From an uncultured Acidobacteriota bacterium (GTDB lineage: Bacteria > Acidobacteriota > Vicinamibacteria > Vicinamibacterales > CAVVIG01): 64,000 nucleotides of DNA. This document shows positions 1-9,722 of this stretch, one piece after another. Below the pieces are notes generated by a model that saw nothing but the letters and a program-made list of their open reading frames with translations, did no database searches and was not told where the DNA came from. Both the position numbers and the translations under genes were made by a program. The DNA lies in contig CAVRVT010000001.1 of the NCBI GenBank assembly GCA_963724725.1, forward strand, positions 93,874-157,873, given 5' to 3'. The first letter of the stretch is position 1; every line of letters starts with the position of its first letter.

Positions 1-90
1 GGCAAATGGTCGAGACGTCGCTGGGATTTCCAGCCTGACGCCCAAATCAAACAGGTTCCACGATGGCAACGGGTTTGCCTTTCCCGTTTC

Positions 91-1299
91 GTGCCTCTCA
101 ACGCGTGTGAGCTTGAAATCGATCTGTTCTGCAACGGTGTGCGACTCCTCGAGGACCTGTCCACGTCCGGCGTTCGTGGACCATCGCGGATGCGTGCAGG
201 CCTGGGCTCGGGCCTCGAGGTCGCGATCCCGGCTGCCTCGTCCTTGAAAGACGAGATCTGGGTCAATGTTCCGGTTGTCGAGGCGTTCGCGTCGCGATCA
301 CCGTACGTTCTCGTGTCAAGTGGTCCCGCGGCTTACACCATCGTCGACGAGCGGACGGGCGGCAGCTATCCCGTGCGCTTGCCGCCCCCGCCCGCGTGGT
401 ACTCGAGTCTGACGTCGAACGACATCCAGATGCGGAGCGTCGGCATCCTTCAAGGGACGTATCTCGCGATCTACGTGAACCCCGTCTGCGCGTTCTGGAG
501 CGCTTCGCCTCGGTTGAACTGCCGGTTCTGCACGACGGGCCAGAACGTCGGCGTCAACGAGGCCTCCATCAAACAGTTGAGCGATGTCGTCGAGACCTGC
601 TGGGCGGCGAAGGAGGAATCGGGCATCACGTTCGTGCATCTCAACGGCGGGTTTCAGGGTTCGCACGGTCTGGAACAGATCAAGCCGTTCGTGAAGGCGA
701 TCAAGGAGGAGGTCGGACTTCTCGTGGGCGTGCAGCTGACACCCGAGCGAGATCTGTCCCGCTACGACGAGCTCGTAGATCTGGGCGTTGACCACTTCTC
801 GTTCTGCGTCGAGCTGATGGATGAGGCTTGGTTTGCGCGCATCTGTCCGGGCAAGGCGAAAGTGCACGGGCAGCAACAGTACTTTTCGGCGATGGAACAT
901 TGCGTGAATCTGATGCCACGAGGGGCTGTGTCCGGCGAGGTCATCGCCGGCATCGAGCCTGTCGAGAACACGATTGCGGCCATCGACCGGATTACCGAGC
1001 TCGGAGCGTTTCCGACGGTGTGCATCTTCCGGCCGACCGTTGGCAGCGACATGGAATTCTGGCCGCCTCCGGCGTACGAGGACATGCGGCGGGTGATGGC
1101 ACATGTGTACGACGCGTGTCGGGCGCACTGGCTGCCGATTGGCGCCGCGCCGAACATCGAAGTCAGCCTGGTGGTGAATCCGGATGATGCGGCGCTGCTC
1201 GCGGAACGCAACGTGGGATTCTACGCGTACGAGTTCTATCGACGGATGGCGCGGCTGGCGGCGCGGCCGCTTTTCAACCGGCGGATGCGTCCGTCATGA
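91..1299 (+). CDS. Putative radical-SAM-like Fe-S TIM-barrel protein with non-canonical Cys spacing (C-x10-C-x2-C); start uncertain and the ORF may continue upstream of the window
   Basis: 402-aa ORF. Cys triad in 'VCAFWSASPRLNCRFCTTGQN' and a glycine-rich 'HLNGGFQG' motif reminiscent of the SAM-binding GGE motif. No canonical CX3CX2C. Confidence 0.35.
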   Translation: MPLNACELEIDLFCNGVRLLEDLSTSGVRGPSRMRAGLGSGLEVAIPAASSLKDEIWVNVPVVEAFASRSPYVLVSSGPAAYTIVDERTGGSYPVRLPPPPAWYSSLTSNDIQMRSVGILQGTYLAIYVNPVCAFWSASPRLNCRFCTTGQNVGVNEASIKQLSDVVETCWAAKEESGITFVHLNGGFQGSHGLEQIKPFVKAIKEEVGLLVGVQLTPERDLSRYDELVDLGVDHFSFCVELMDEAWFARICPGKAKVHGQQQYFSAMEHCVNLMPRGAVSGEVIAGIEPVENTIAAIDRITELGAFPTVCIFRPTVGSDMEFWPPPAYEDMRRVMAHVYDACRAHWLPIGAAPNIEVSLVVNPDDAALLAERNVGFYAYEFYRRMARLAARPLFNRRMRPS

Positions 1300-1380
1300 G
1301 ATCGCTCGACCCCGACTGCCAGAAAGCCGTCGGAAATCCTGGCACATCGATTGCCTTGTCAAACGGCTGGAGGGTCGCTT

Positions 1381-1578
1381 ATGACACACGTTCTTTCAAT
1401 GCGGACGCTCCTCAGTTTCGCCGAGCACGCCGCCTTCGTGGTCGTCGGCCTCGTGTTGATGGTGATCGGCCTCGGGCTGGGCGTCACGATGGTCCTGTTG
1501 CCCGTAGGACTCGTCATCGGCCTCATCGGAGTGGCGATGTTCATCGGCGGGCTGGTTGTCAGGAATCTGAATCAATAG
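1381..1578 (+). CDS. Small hydrophobic membrane protein (65 aa, two TM helices)
   Basis: ATG at 1381 preceded by GGAGGG RBS. Sequence MTHVLSMRTLLSFAEHAAFVVVGLVLMVIGLGLGVTMVLLPVGLVIGLIGVAMFIGG is almost entirely hydrophobic. Confidence 0.45.
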   Translation: MTHVLSMRTLLSFAEHAAFVVVGLVLMVIGLGLGVTMVLLPVGLVIGLIGVAMFIGGLVVRNLNQ

Positions 1579-1587
1579 GGAGTGGCT

Positions 1588-1782
1588 ATGCGCGACCGTG
1601 AAAAACTCGAAACGCTGCTCGCGCGAAGATTTCCGGGATCGAGCCACCAGCAGATCGCAGCGGCGGTCAACGCGATCATGGGGCTCGGCGATGAATGGGA
1701 GGACGTGCCAGTGGATGGCGAGCTCATTCGCCGCGAAGCCGAGCACGCGGAGTTCCGGCTGCTGCGGCGCCGGACGGAGTAG
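1588..1782 (+). CDS. Small acidic hypothetical protein (about 64 aa)
   Basis: ORF directly after the membrane peptide with GGGAG RBS 7 nt upstream of ATG. No recognisable family. Confidence 0.35.
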   Translation: MRDREKLETLLARRFPGSSHQQIAAAVNAIMGLGDEWEDVPVDGELIRREAEHAEFRLLRRRTE

Positions 1783-1802
1783 CGGCGCAAGCCGCTAACC
1801 GT

Positions 1803-2984
1803 TCACTTCCGTCCGTACTTCGCCATGGCCGCTGCCAGCCGATCATAGGGGAGTCCGTGCACTCGATTGCCGTTGATCCCCGTCATCGTCTCAGCCTTTG
1901 TGAGGGCATTGAGGACCGACTCTTCCGTCGCCTCGACGACGGCCTGGAACAGCGGATTCAGAGTGGCGGTGGACTCCGGTGAAATGAATGTCGCGGAGAC
2001 CGTCGGCGACGTGTTTGATTGCGGGACGGTGTTCGCGGTCGAGAAGGCAATGAAGATATCGCCGCTGGTATTGCCTGATGTCGATCCCGTTCGCGCGAGG
2101 CCCAGCGCCGCCCGCGACGCGAGGCGTTCGAGCTGACGCGACGACAGCGGTGCGTCGGTTGCAATGACCACAATCACTGAACCTTCGTGGGCGACGTTGA
2201 TGTCCGCGGCTGGGCCGGCGTCACGGCGGATCTCCGGCACCAGGTCGGGGATTTCGCGACCAACCGGAACACCCGAAACCGTCAGCTCGGGCCGTCGCCC
2301 GAAGTTGGCCTGCACGAGCACGCCGACCGTGTAACCGCCGATGCTGGCCGCCACCTTCCGAGACGATGTGCCAATGCCGCCTTTGAAGCCGTAGCAGACC
2401 ATGCCGGTGCCGCCGCCGACGTTGCCTTCAGCGACTGGTCCACTCTTCGCATCGTCGATCGCCGCGAAGACGTGCGTTTTCTTCACGTGCTGGCCGCGCA
2501 CATCGTTCAGTGTGCCGTCCCAGGTCTCGGCAACGACCGGCAGAAACGCCCAGTCGCGAGATGGATGCCGCTCATTCATGTACGCGATCTCGGCTTCGTG
2601 GACGGTGCCCACGCTTCCCGTGTTCGTGATCAGCACGGGGTGCATGAGCGTTTCGCGATCCCGTATCCAGTGCGTGCCGGTCATCTCGCCGTCGCCGTTC
2701 AAAGTATGTGTCGCGGCGTACACTCCGCTGAACCAGATATCCTTCCGGGGCAGGACTGCCGTCACGCCGGTTCGAACGGGGCCTTCGCCAATCTTCAGCG
2801 CGCCGTTGCCTTGCACAATCGTCGCGTGCCCGACCAGGACACCTTCAACGTCGGTGATCCCATTCAGAGGACCTGGCGGCAGCGTGCCGACGGTGATTCC
2901 GAGATCGCGTGCGCGAACGCGAATTGTCTGTGCGGTGGGCTCAGTGACAAACGTGGCGAGGAGGACAATCAGAAGTCGTTTCAT
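1803..2984 (-). CDS. Peptidase S58 DmpA-family L-aminopeptidase/D-Ala-esterase-amidase, secreted
   Basis: Signal peptide MKRLLIVLLATF. 'NVGGGTGMVCYGFKGGIGTSS' autoproteolytic Gly/Ser region and overall DmpA/ArgJ-fold similarity. Confidence 0.7.
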   Translation of the reverse strand: MKRLLIVLLATFVTEPTAQTIRVRARDLGITVGTLPPGPLNGITDVEGVLVGHATIVQGNGALKIGEGPVRTGVTAVLPRKDIWFSGVYAATHTLNGDGEMTGTHWIRDRETLMHPVLITNTGSVGTVHEAEIAYMNERHPSRDWAFLPVVAETWDGTLNDVRGQHVKKTHVFAAIDDAKSGPVAEGNVGGGTGMVCYGFKGGIGTSSRKVAASIGGYTVGVLVQANFGRRPELTVSGVPVGREIPDLVPEIRRDAGPAADINVAHEGSVIVVIATDAPLSSRQLERLASRAALGLARTGSTSGNTSGDIFIAFSTANTVPQSNTSPTVSATFISPESTATLNPLFQAVVEATEESVLNALTKAETMTGINGNRVHGLPYDRLAAAMAKYGRK

Positions 2985-3013
2985 GGCGAAGTATCGTACC
3001 CCTGTCGGCCGTC

Positions 3014-3595
3014 TTGCCTCACAATACGAACATGATGAACACTCCACGGCTTCCTCGTCGTTCACAGGCCGCATACCGTTTCGCCTCTGCATTCGTCCTG
3101 GGGCTTTCAATGGTCGCCGCCGGAGTATCCGGCCCCAGAGGGGCCAACGGTACCGTCTCGGCCCAGACGGTGAACCCGTGCGCGCTGCTGACGAACGACG
3201 ACGTTCAGCCGCTCGCGGCGAAGGCGAGCGTCGCCGACGGTGTCGCGAGCTCGCTCCCCGCCTTCGGTTCCGCTACCTGTCGATATACGTGGGGTGTCGG
3301 CGCCGACCGCTTCAAACTCGACGTGATCGTCAATGAGGCGTCCCGGATGTTCCCCGGCATGAGTCCGGAGCAGATCAAGCAGCGACTCCAGGGGGCAGTC
3401 AGAGTGGGGACGGCTGATGCGATCATCTCAGATGTTGGCGAAGCCGCTGTGTTCAAGTCCGACTCGCCGCTTTACGCCAATGCGGCCTCATTCCTAAAGG
3501 GCCGGATCCTGGAGGTCCACCTCGACGGATTCGTCGCGCGCGAGAGGAAGGATCAAGTCATTGGACTGCTGAAGTCGGCTGCGTCGCGGCTCTAG
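3014..3595 (+). CDS. Secreted hypothetical protein
   Basis: 193-aa ORF with N-terminal hydrophobic signal-like segment. No family recognised. Confidence 0.4.
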   Translation: MPHNTNMMNTPRLPRRSQAAYRFASAFVLGLSMVAAGVSGPRGANGTVSAQTVNPCALLTNDDVQPLAAKASVADGVASSLPAFGSATCRYTWGVGADRFKLDVIVNEASRMFPGMSPEQIKQRLQGAVRVGTADAIISDVGEAAVFKSDSPLYANAASFLKGRILEVHLDGFVARERKDQVIGLLKSAASRL

Positions 3596-6096
3596 ACCTT
3601 GGAACACGTCGAACGGATCTCCAGGCGCCCGCCTGAGCTGATCTGGACGGCGACATCACCGATCCAGCACGCGCCAGCGGTCATCTTGCCGAGCACGGCG
3701 TACGAGCAGCCATCTTCAGCCGTGAGCGGCAGGCAGACTCTCACGCGCTCGCGGCTGCGGACCGCGACCGTCGTACTGCTTGAACAGATCACCGCGTCGG
3801 GTTCCCGCGCAGGCTTTCGATGGACGCGGAATTCGATCGCCGCGTCGCCGGAGTCGGACCAGGTTTCCAGATTCACCGTGACTGTGCGCGCCGCGCCGCC
3901 CAGCCACACGTAGCCGCTATGAAACAGCGTGCGTTCCCCGCCTCGCGCGAGCAGGCGGGGAATTCCGCGGGCAGGACGGCGCTCGCCGAACAGACCGAAC
4001 GGATCGAGATTCAGTTGCGCGTTTTCGACGAAGGCCCTCCAGAGCCGCACTCCTTGCTCGATGAACCGCCGTGCATGTTCGAGATCCGTCATTGGCAGCA
4101 CGCCGATCGAGGCAGCCGACGCAGGTTTCTTCAGAACAAGGCTCAGGGAACAGAAAGGCAGACCGCTCGTGAGTAGCTGCACGTGCGGTGCTGACCTCAG
4201 AAGCGTGTCCGTTACCGCATCCGCGGGATCGGCGCACAGATCGCCCAGGCGTTCCGGCAAAGGCCGGTTGAGGACGTGGGGCGACACCGCTCCGTCCACT
4301 GCACTGAGCGTCACGAACGAGGCGGCGCCTACCAGCTCGTGCAGAAAGGTTGACGAGAAATAGTAGTTCCCCGGTGTCGGAATGACTTCTTCGCCGAAGT
4401 GGAACTCCGTCGTCAGCACGTAGACCCCGTCATCCTTCAAGACCCGCCGGACTTCGCGAAGGTGCTCGAGAAAGTCGTCGTACTTCCCGATGTGCTCCAT
4501 CGCGCACGACGAGTAACAGAAATCGAACGATGCGTCCTCGAACTCGAGCGCGCGCATGTCCATCCTCTTGACGGTCAGGCGAGACGGATCGATCGCGAAG
4601 GGTGCCACGGCTCTGAGTGTGCAATCTGGATTGTCGGTTCGCGCGCCGTCCCAGGCGCTGCCGGATTCGTACAGGTCGGTCACCGTCAAATGCCCGACGC
4701 GACGAGCGACGGCATACAACAGCCGCTCTTCTCCTCCTCCCATGGAGAGCCCGCGAGTCTTCGCATTCAGGAATCCGAGTGCTTGCAATGCCCTGAAGAT
4801 CTGAGCGAACTCCCACTGCTTCCGATGGAAGCGGGGCTCTTCCTCGAGCTCGTACCGGATGATCCGATCGAACTCGGGATCGAACCAGTCCGTCACGTCG
4901 CACAGCTTGCTGAGGGACCTCACGAGAGCACATCGGCTTCCATTCGGCCGTCGCGTCCGCTCGCGGGAGCCGCTCGGCCCTTCAGATCGAGGCGCGCGAC
5001 GCAATCGAAGACGCGCCAGGTGCGCGCGAGCGGAGGCCTCCCAGTCAGGGCACTGATGCGAGCGCGTCCCGCGCTCGACGAGGTCACGGGCCAGATCGGG
5101 ATGCCTGAGCACGCGGAGCAGCGCATCGGCAATCAATCGCGGTTGCCGCGGGTCCACATAAACGGCAGCGTCGCCGCAGACCTCCGGCAGCGCTCCGGTG
5201 TGCGCGCTGACGACGGGGCAACCACGCGCCATTGCCTCCAGCGGAGCGAACCCGAAGCCTTCGTACAGCGATGGAGACACGAGCACCGAAGCTCGATCGA
5301 GCAGCGCGATCTTCTCGGCTTCGCTGACCGGTCCGAGGACAGTGACTCGGCCGAGCGATCCGTAATCCGCGCCGATCGTGCCCAGATCGACTTGTGACCC
5401 CTCGCCGGCAATGACCAGGCGCACGTCGATCACCCGTTCGATCGTCCGGAACGCCGCGAGCAGTGCCGGCAGATTCTTCGTGGGGTCTGCCCGGCCGATC
5501 CAGAGGATGTACCGGTCGCGATGCTTGTCGGGCTTTGCGCGCTTCGACAGCGGCACCGGGCTGCCGTGACGGATGACGTGCACGCGGGCACTCTCAATGC
5601 CGTAGTACCGGCACACGTCATCCTTGGTCGCCCGAGACGGCGTGACCACGGCGTGCGCACGCCTCAGCGCCCGTCCGAGGTAGTGCCGGTAGAAGTGGTA
5701 CTGCCGCGGGTGCGCACTTCGAAAGAGCCACGGGATCATGTCGTGCACTGTGACAATGCCGCGCCCTCCGGTGATCGGTGCCTCCAGTTGACTGAGACCG
5801 AAGACGAGCGCGTCCCGGTGTTGCCGGGCGAGGTGATTGGCAAAAAGCCATCGGCGCAGGTTTCCGGTCGTTCCACGCGTGGGAGACATCCGTGCGCTGA
5901 CCCACCGGATCGCAGCCCCGGTCGGAATCTCCGATTCCGGAAAGAACTGGCGCGCCTCTTCGTTGAGGACGACCGTCAGCGGCCGATCGACCCGGGCGCC
6001 CCATAGCGCCTTCACCAGGTTGACGCCGTACACGGCGATACCGTCCACGCGCTGGCCGATAGCCGTGGCATTCACGATGAGCGGGCGATCCAGCAT
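3592..6096 (-). CDS. Multidomain glycan-modifying enzyme: GT4 glycosyltransferase + class I SAM methyltransferase + unknown C-terminal domain (about 835 aa)
   Basis: GT4 core 'ILWIGRADPTKN...YEGFGFAPLEAMARGCPVV'. The methyltransferase core 'LSMGGGEERLLY...DASFDFCYSSCAMEHIG...LKDDGVYVLTTEF' follows. Start ATG at 6096 abuts the Wzt stop at 6098. Confidence 0.7.
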   Translation of the reverse strand: MLDRPLIVNATAIGQRVDGIAVYGVNLVKALWGARVDRPLTVVLNEEARQFFPESEIPTGAAIRWVSARMSPTRGTTGNLRRWLFANHLARQHRDALVFGLSQLEAPITGGRGIVTVHDMIPWLFRSAHPRQYHFYRHYLGRALRRAHAVVTPSRATKDDVCRYYGIESARVHVIRHGSPVPLSKRAKPDKHRDRYILWIGRADPTKNLPALLAAFRTIERVIDVRLVIAGEGSQVDLGTIGADYGSLGRVTVLGPVSEAEKIALLDRASVLVSPSLYEGFGFAPLEAMARGCPVVSAHTGALPEVCGDAAVYVDPRQPRLIADALLRVLRHPDLARDLVERGTRSHQCPDWEASARAHLARLRLRRAPRSEGPSGSRERTRRPNGSRCALVRSLSKLCDVTDWFDPEFDRIIRYELEEEPRFHRKQWEFAQIFRALQALGFLNAKTRGLSMGGGEERLLYAVARRVGHLTVTDLYESGSAWDGARTDNPDCTLRAVAPFAIDPSRLTVKRMDMRALEFEDASFDFCYSSCAMEHIGKYDDFLEHLREVRRVLKDDGVYVLTTEFHFGEEVIPTPGNYYFSSTFLHELVGAASFVTLSAVDGAVSPHVLNRPLPERLGDLCADPADAVTDTLLRSAPHVQLLTSGLPFCSLSLVLKKPASAASIGVLPMTDLEHARRFIEQGVRLWRAFVENAQLNLDPFGLFGERRPARGIPRLLARGGERTLFHSGYVWLGGAARTVTVNLETWSDSGDAAIEFRVHRKPAREPDAVICSSSTTVAVRSRERVRVCLPLTAEDGCSYAVLGKMTAGACWIGDVAVQISSGGRLEIRSTCSKV

Positions 6097-6097
6097 G

Positions 6098-6865
6098 TCA
6101 GCCACGGAAAACCCCGCGCCCCTCGCGATAGGCGCCCGCGACCTCCGCAGGGTCACCGTCCATGACGAGGCGGCCGGAATCGAGCCAGACCAGGCGGTCG
6201 CATTGTGTCTGGAGGAACTCGAGGTCGTGCGAAACGAACACCGACGTGACCCCATCAGCCACGAGCGCATGGATACGCGCGAGACATTTCTCCGTGAAGA
6301 ACTCGTCGCCGACGCCGAAAATCTCGTCGACCAGCAAAACATCGGGTTTCACATCGAAGGCGAGCGCGAAGGCGAGACGCGCATACATGCCCGATGAGTA
6401 ATGCTTCACCGGTTCGTCGATGAACCCGTCGATTTCGGCGAACCGGACGATGTCGTCGAGTCGCGCCTCGATGCGTGCGGGAGTCACGCCGAGCAGCGTA
6501 CCGGCGAGGATGCAGTTCTCGGCGCCTGACAGATCCGGCTGGAAACCAACTCCGAGTTCGAGCAAGGGAACGATGCGCCGCGCACGATCGATCGTGACCT
6601 GGCCATGCTGCGGCACGATGACCCGTGCGAGGACGCGCAGCAGCGTCGACTTGCCGGCGCCGTTCCGTCCGATGACGCCGAGTCGCTCTCCCTTCGCGAT
6701 CGACAGTGACACGCCGGAAAGCGCTGCGTGCGCCGCACCTGGATACCCGTGCAACCACGAAGCGACGGTGTACTTCAGGCTGCGCGCTTCGACCGCGTTC
6801 CTGCGGAAGCTGACGCTCACGTCTTTCAGGTCGAACACGGTGGCGCCCGGAATCGTCTGCCTCAT
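6098..6865 (-). CDS. wzt: ABC transporter ATP-binding protein, Wzt/TagH-type (short form, no C-terminal carbohydrate-binding domain)
   Basis: Walker A GRNGAGKST, signature YSSGMYARLAFA, Walker B LLVDE, H-loop SHD. Overlaps the upstream ABC-2 permease gene. Confidence 0.8.
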   Translation of the reverse strand: MRQTIPGATVFDLKDVSVSFRRNAVEARSLKYTVASWLHGYPGAAHAALSGVSLSIAKGERLGVIGRNGAGKSTLLRVLARVIVPQHGQVTIDRARRIVPLLELGVGFQPDLSGAENCILAGTLLGVTPARIEARLDDIVRFAEIDGFIDEPVKHYSSGMYARLAFALAFDVKPDVLLVDEIFGVGDEFFTEKCLARIHALVADGVTSVFVSHDLEFLQTQCDRLVWLDSGRLVMDGDPAEVAGAYREGRGVFRG

Positions 6866-7674
6866 AAATAGAAATACAGACGTGAGCGCGTCCAGCGCAC
6901 CGACGCCACGCCGAGCGCCAAGGCAACCGCGGCGGTTGCCGACGACACCGCCCAGTCCATCAGCGCGGGCCACCGGCCCGCATAGACCGGCTTCTGAAAG
7001 AGCGCCGCGAGATACGTGAGCGGATGCCATGCCAGCAACCGTGCGTGTGCCGAACCCGACGGGAACAGATCCGGATTGAACAGGATCGGCGCGGTGAAGA
7101 ACGCGAGCATGAGCGCGATCTGGACGACCGGGCGGACGTCACGGAAGAAGGTGAAGAGAGTGGCGCAGCACAGGCCCACTCCCAGGGCGGCGACCGCCCA
7201 GGGCAGCACCGCAAGCGGCAGGACGGCGACGTGCATCGTCCAGTGGTCCTTCACGAATGCCAGAATCAGCGCGACCGCCGCGAACGAGAACGCGAACTCG
7301 ACCGACGCGACGATCCATCGGGCGAGCGGGAGCGAGAAAGGTGAAGCCGGCAGCTTCTTCAGCAGCCAGTCGCCTTGCACGATCGCATCGGTGCAGCCGG
7401 ATACGACCTTCTCGAAATACCGCCAGGGCACCAGAGCACTGAACAGGAACACCGCGTAGTCGCTCATGCGCATCCGATTGACGTACGAGAACACCACGCT
7501 CAACACGCCGAGATACAAGAGCGGCTCGAGCAGGTTCCAGATCACGCCAAGTGCGGTATAGCGGTACTTCAGCCGCAGCTGACTCTTGGCGTAGACCCAT
7601 GTGAAACGCATCGATGCCCGGTCCACCCGCACCACTGGATCCGCCGTCAGCCTGCGACGCGCAGCCCGCGCCAC
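6862..7674 (-). CDS. wzm: ABC-2 type polysaccharide export permease (Wzm/TagG family); start codon uncertain
   Basis: Six predicted TM helices. ABC-2 motif region 'LRLKYRYTALGVIWNLLEPLL'. Translationally coupled to wzt. Confidence 0.75.
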   Translation of the reverse strand: MARAARRRLTADPVVRVDRASMRFTWVYAKSQLRLKYRYTALGVIWNLLEPLLYLGVLSVVFSYVNRMRMSDYAVFLFSALVPWRYFEKVVSGCTDAIVQGDWLLKKLPASPFSLPLARWIVASVEFAFSFAAVALILAFVKDHWTMHVAVLPLAVLPWAVAALGVGLCCATLFTFFRDVRPVVQIALMLAFFTAPILFNPDLFPSGSAHARLLAWHPLTYLAALFQKPVYAGRWPALMDWAVSSATAAVALALGVASVRWTRSRLYFYL

Positions 7675-9722
7675 GCGCTCGCCGCCGATGCGTGTACGCT
7701 GCGGACGACGTCTTCAGGAGCAATCTCGCCGAGACAGGCGCTCGGCCGCAGGCCCGTGAGGCCGCACGCCGTCGCCTCGTTCCGCCAGCACGGAATGCAT
7801 GCCAGCGTCTTGCGTGCATCGAGCATCCTGGCGCGCGGATAGTCCTGGCCGCGGACGCGACCGTCAGTCGGGCCGAACAGACCGACGCACGGCAGATCCA
7901 GAGCGCCTGCAAGATGAAAGAACGCCGAATCCGGCGTCACGAGCACGTCGCAGCCGCTGGCGAGTGCGAAAGACCGCCGCAGGTCCAGCCCCTGGACGGG
8001 AATCACACGGGGATTCTCGATGTCAGCCGGCCGCACGCTGCCAAACACCAGCACCGACGCGTCACGGGCGATCGCGTCGATGATCTCCTTCATGTGTGGC
8101 ACGTCGCGGTAGGCTTCGTCAGTGCGCGTCTGGACGCCGACCACGAACGCCCCGTGGAGCCCGCGATTGCCGAAGAACTGATCCCGCCACACCCGTTCCG
8201 CGTCCGAGACCGTGTAACGCGGACGCCGATCCATCGCCCTCAGCCGTGCGCCCGTGATGCCCAGCGCGCGGGCGAACAGCTCGATGCGGTTCGACCTTAC
8301 GGCGGGCGCCGTCCGGCTTTCGACGCGCGCCGCCGGACAGTCCGTCAGGTTGAGCCACTCTCTATATGCCCCCGGATCGAAGTCGCCGTCGATGTCCAAC
8401 AACCTGACGTCGTCGTTTCCTTCGAATAGCGGGAAGAAACGATGTGGGATGGCGAGGACAACCGGTCGCTCGGCTCGCATGGCTTTCAATGCGCGAAGAC
8501 CGGGCGTCATCATCAGGAAGTCGCCGACGCCGCCCATGGCCCGTGTGACCAGCGTCGCCTCGATCGGTCGCGGCACCGTCGCTCGTCCGCGGGCGGCGTG
8601 CGAGCGAAGCCCGTACTGCCGAACGTATGCGCTGCCGGCAGCGCATTTCTCGAGGAATCGCGCGATGTCCCAGCCGGCGTGCCGCGCGGCGCCCAGGCAC
8701 GTCCAGTAGCTCAGCCAGAGCATCCTGTCCGCCACTGACAGTTCGCGGCTCGCGAGCAGGCGCGGCATCCCCCGGTGCGCCCGCCGCATGAGATCCACCA
8801 CCGCCCGGCGTTCGTCGGCGTCGGTGTGGAATACGCGCAGGCGCTCGACGAGGAGGCGTTTGAAGAGCGACGCGCGCCGCGTCTGGAGCGACACTGTGCC
8901 GAGCGCATCGAAAAGCGCCGGGATGGCGTTTCGATCCGCGATCCGATCGAGGCGGCGTGACGCAGCGAGCAGCGTCGCGTACGCCGCCTCCAGGTCTCCG
9001 AGGAGCGCGTGCGCACGAGACATGCGGAGTCGAACCCAGGGCGCGATCTCGGGAAACGCGTTCACGCCCAGCGTCAGAGCCAGATTGCAGGTGTCGTTCG
9101 CATCCGTGAAACGCGAGGCACGCAGCAGTTCATCCGACCAGTCGAGTAGGGTTCGAAACAGCTCCCGCGGAAAAGCGCTCCGGCTGCGGCAATCGGACAC
9201 GAATGTCTGGACGACTGATTCGAGGAACTCGTGTTCCCGGCGCAACTCACCCGCGGCGCTGCCTGTGAGCGCGTGCGCTCGAGCGAGGCCGCCCAGCACT
9301 ACTTGACGCAAGACCTCCGGATCGGTGTGGCGCGCACGCTCGGCCGGTGTCAGCGTTTCGAAGAGGGCCCGGACGTGCTCGGCGTGACCGTGAAACGCGA
9401 GAACGTGGAGATGTTCTGCGGTCGGGCGCACACCGAACAGTTGAGACGGAAGACGGTTCGAACGAGCCGGACTGCCGATGGACGCTGGTTCGATCACGGT
9501 CGCTCCGAGACGACTCGTGAGACGACGCTCGAGCGTCGGGCCGGCGCGGCGGCAATCCGACAGAACGTAATTGTCGCCGACGATATTCGAAATACCTGGA
9601 CGTCGATATGAAGCCGCGCCAGGTCCGTGGCGGCGTAATTCAGAACAAATCGGTTCACAGACACGCTCCGGGTTCTCCAGCGCGTGCGTGCGAGGCAAGC
9701 TTCGTACCCGAGGAGTCGGCAA
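7647..9722 (-). CDS. Glycosyltransferase family 9 (heptosyltransferase-like) with about 350-aa N-terminal helical extension; start uncertain
   Basis: C-terminal half carries GT9 motifs 'TRAMGGVGDFLMMTPGLRALK', 'CDVLVTPDSAFFHLAGALDLPCVGLFGPTD' and 'ACIPCW'. Confidence 0.6.
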   Translation of the reverse strand: MPTPRVRSLPRTHALENPERVCEPICSELRRHGPGAASYRRPGISNIVGDNYVLSDCRRAGPTLERRLTSRLGATVIEPASIGSPARSNRLPSQLFGVRPTAEHLHVLAFHGHAEHVRALFETLTPAERARHTDPEVLRQVVLGGLARAHALTGSAAGELRREHEFLESVVQTFVSDCRSRSAFPRELFRTLLDWSDELLRASRFTDANDTCNLALTLGVNAFPEIAPWVRLRMSRAHALLGDLEAAYATLLAASRRLDRIADRNAIPALFDALGTVSLQTRRASLFKRLLVERLRVFHTDADERRAVVDLMRRAHRGMPRLLASRELSVADRMLWLSYWTCLGAARHAGWDIARFLEKCAAGSAYVRQYGLRSHAARGRATVPRPIEATLVTRAMGGVGDFLMMTPGLRALKAMRAERPVVLAIPHRFFPLFEGNDDVRLLDIDGDFDPGAYREWLNLTDCPAARVESRTAPAVRSNRIELFARALGITGARLRAMDRRPRYTVSDAERVWRDQFFGNRGLHGAFVVGVQTRTDEAYRDVPHMKEIIDAIARDASVLVFGSVRPADIENPRVIPVQGLDLRRSFALASGCDVLVTPDSAFFHLAGALDLPCVGLFGPTDGRVRGQDYPRARMLDARKTLACIPCWRNEATACGLTGLRPSACLGEIAPEDVVRSVHASAASAWRGLRVAG

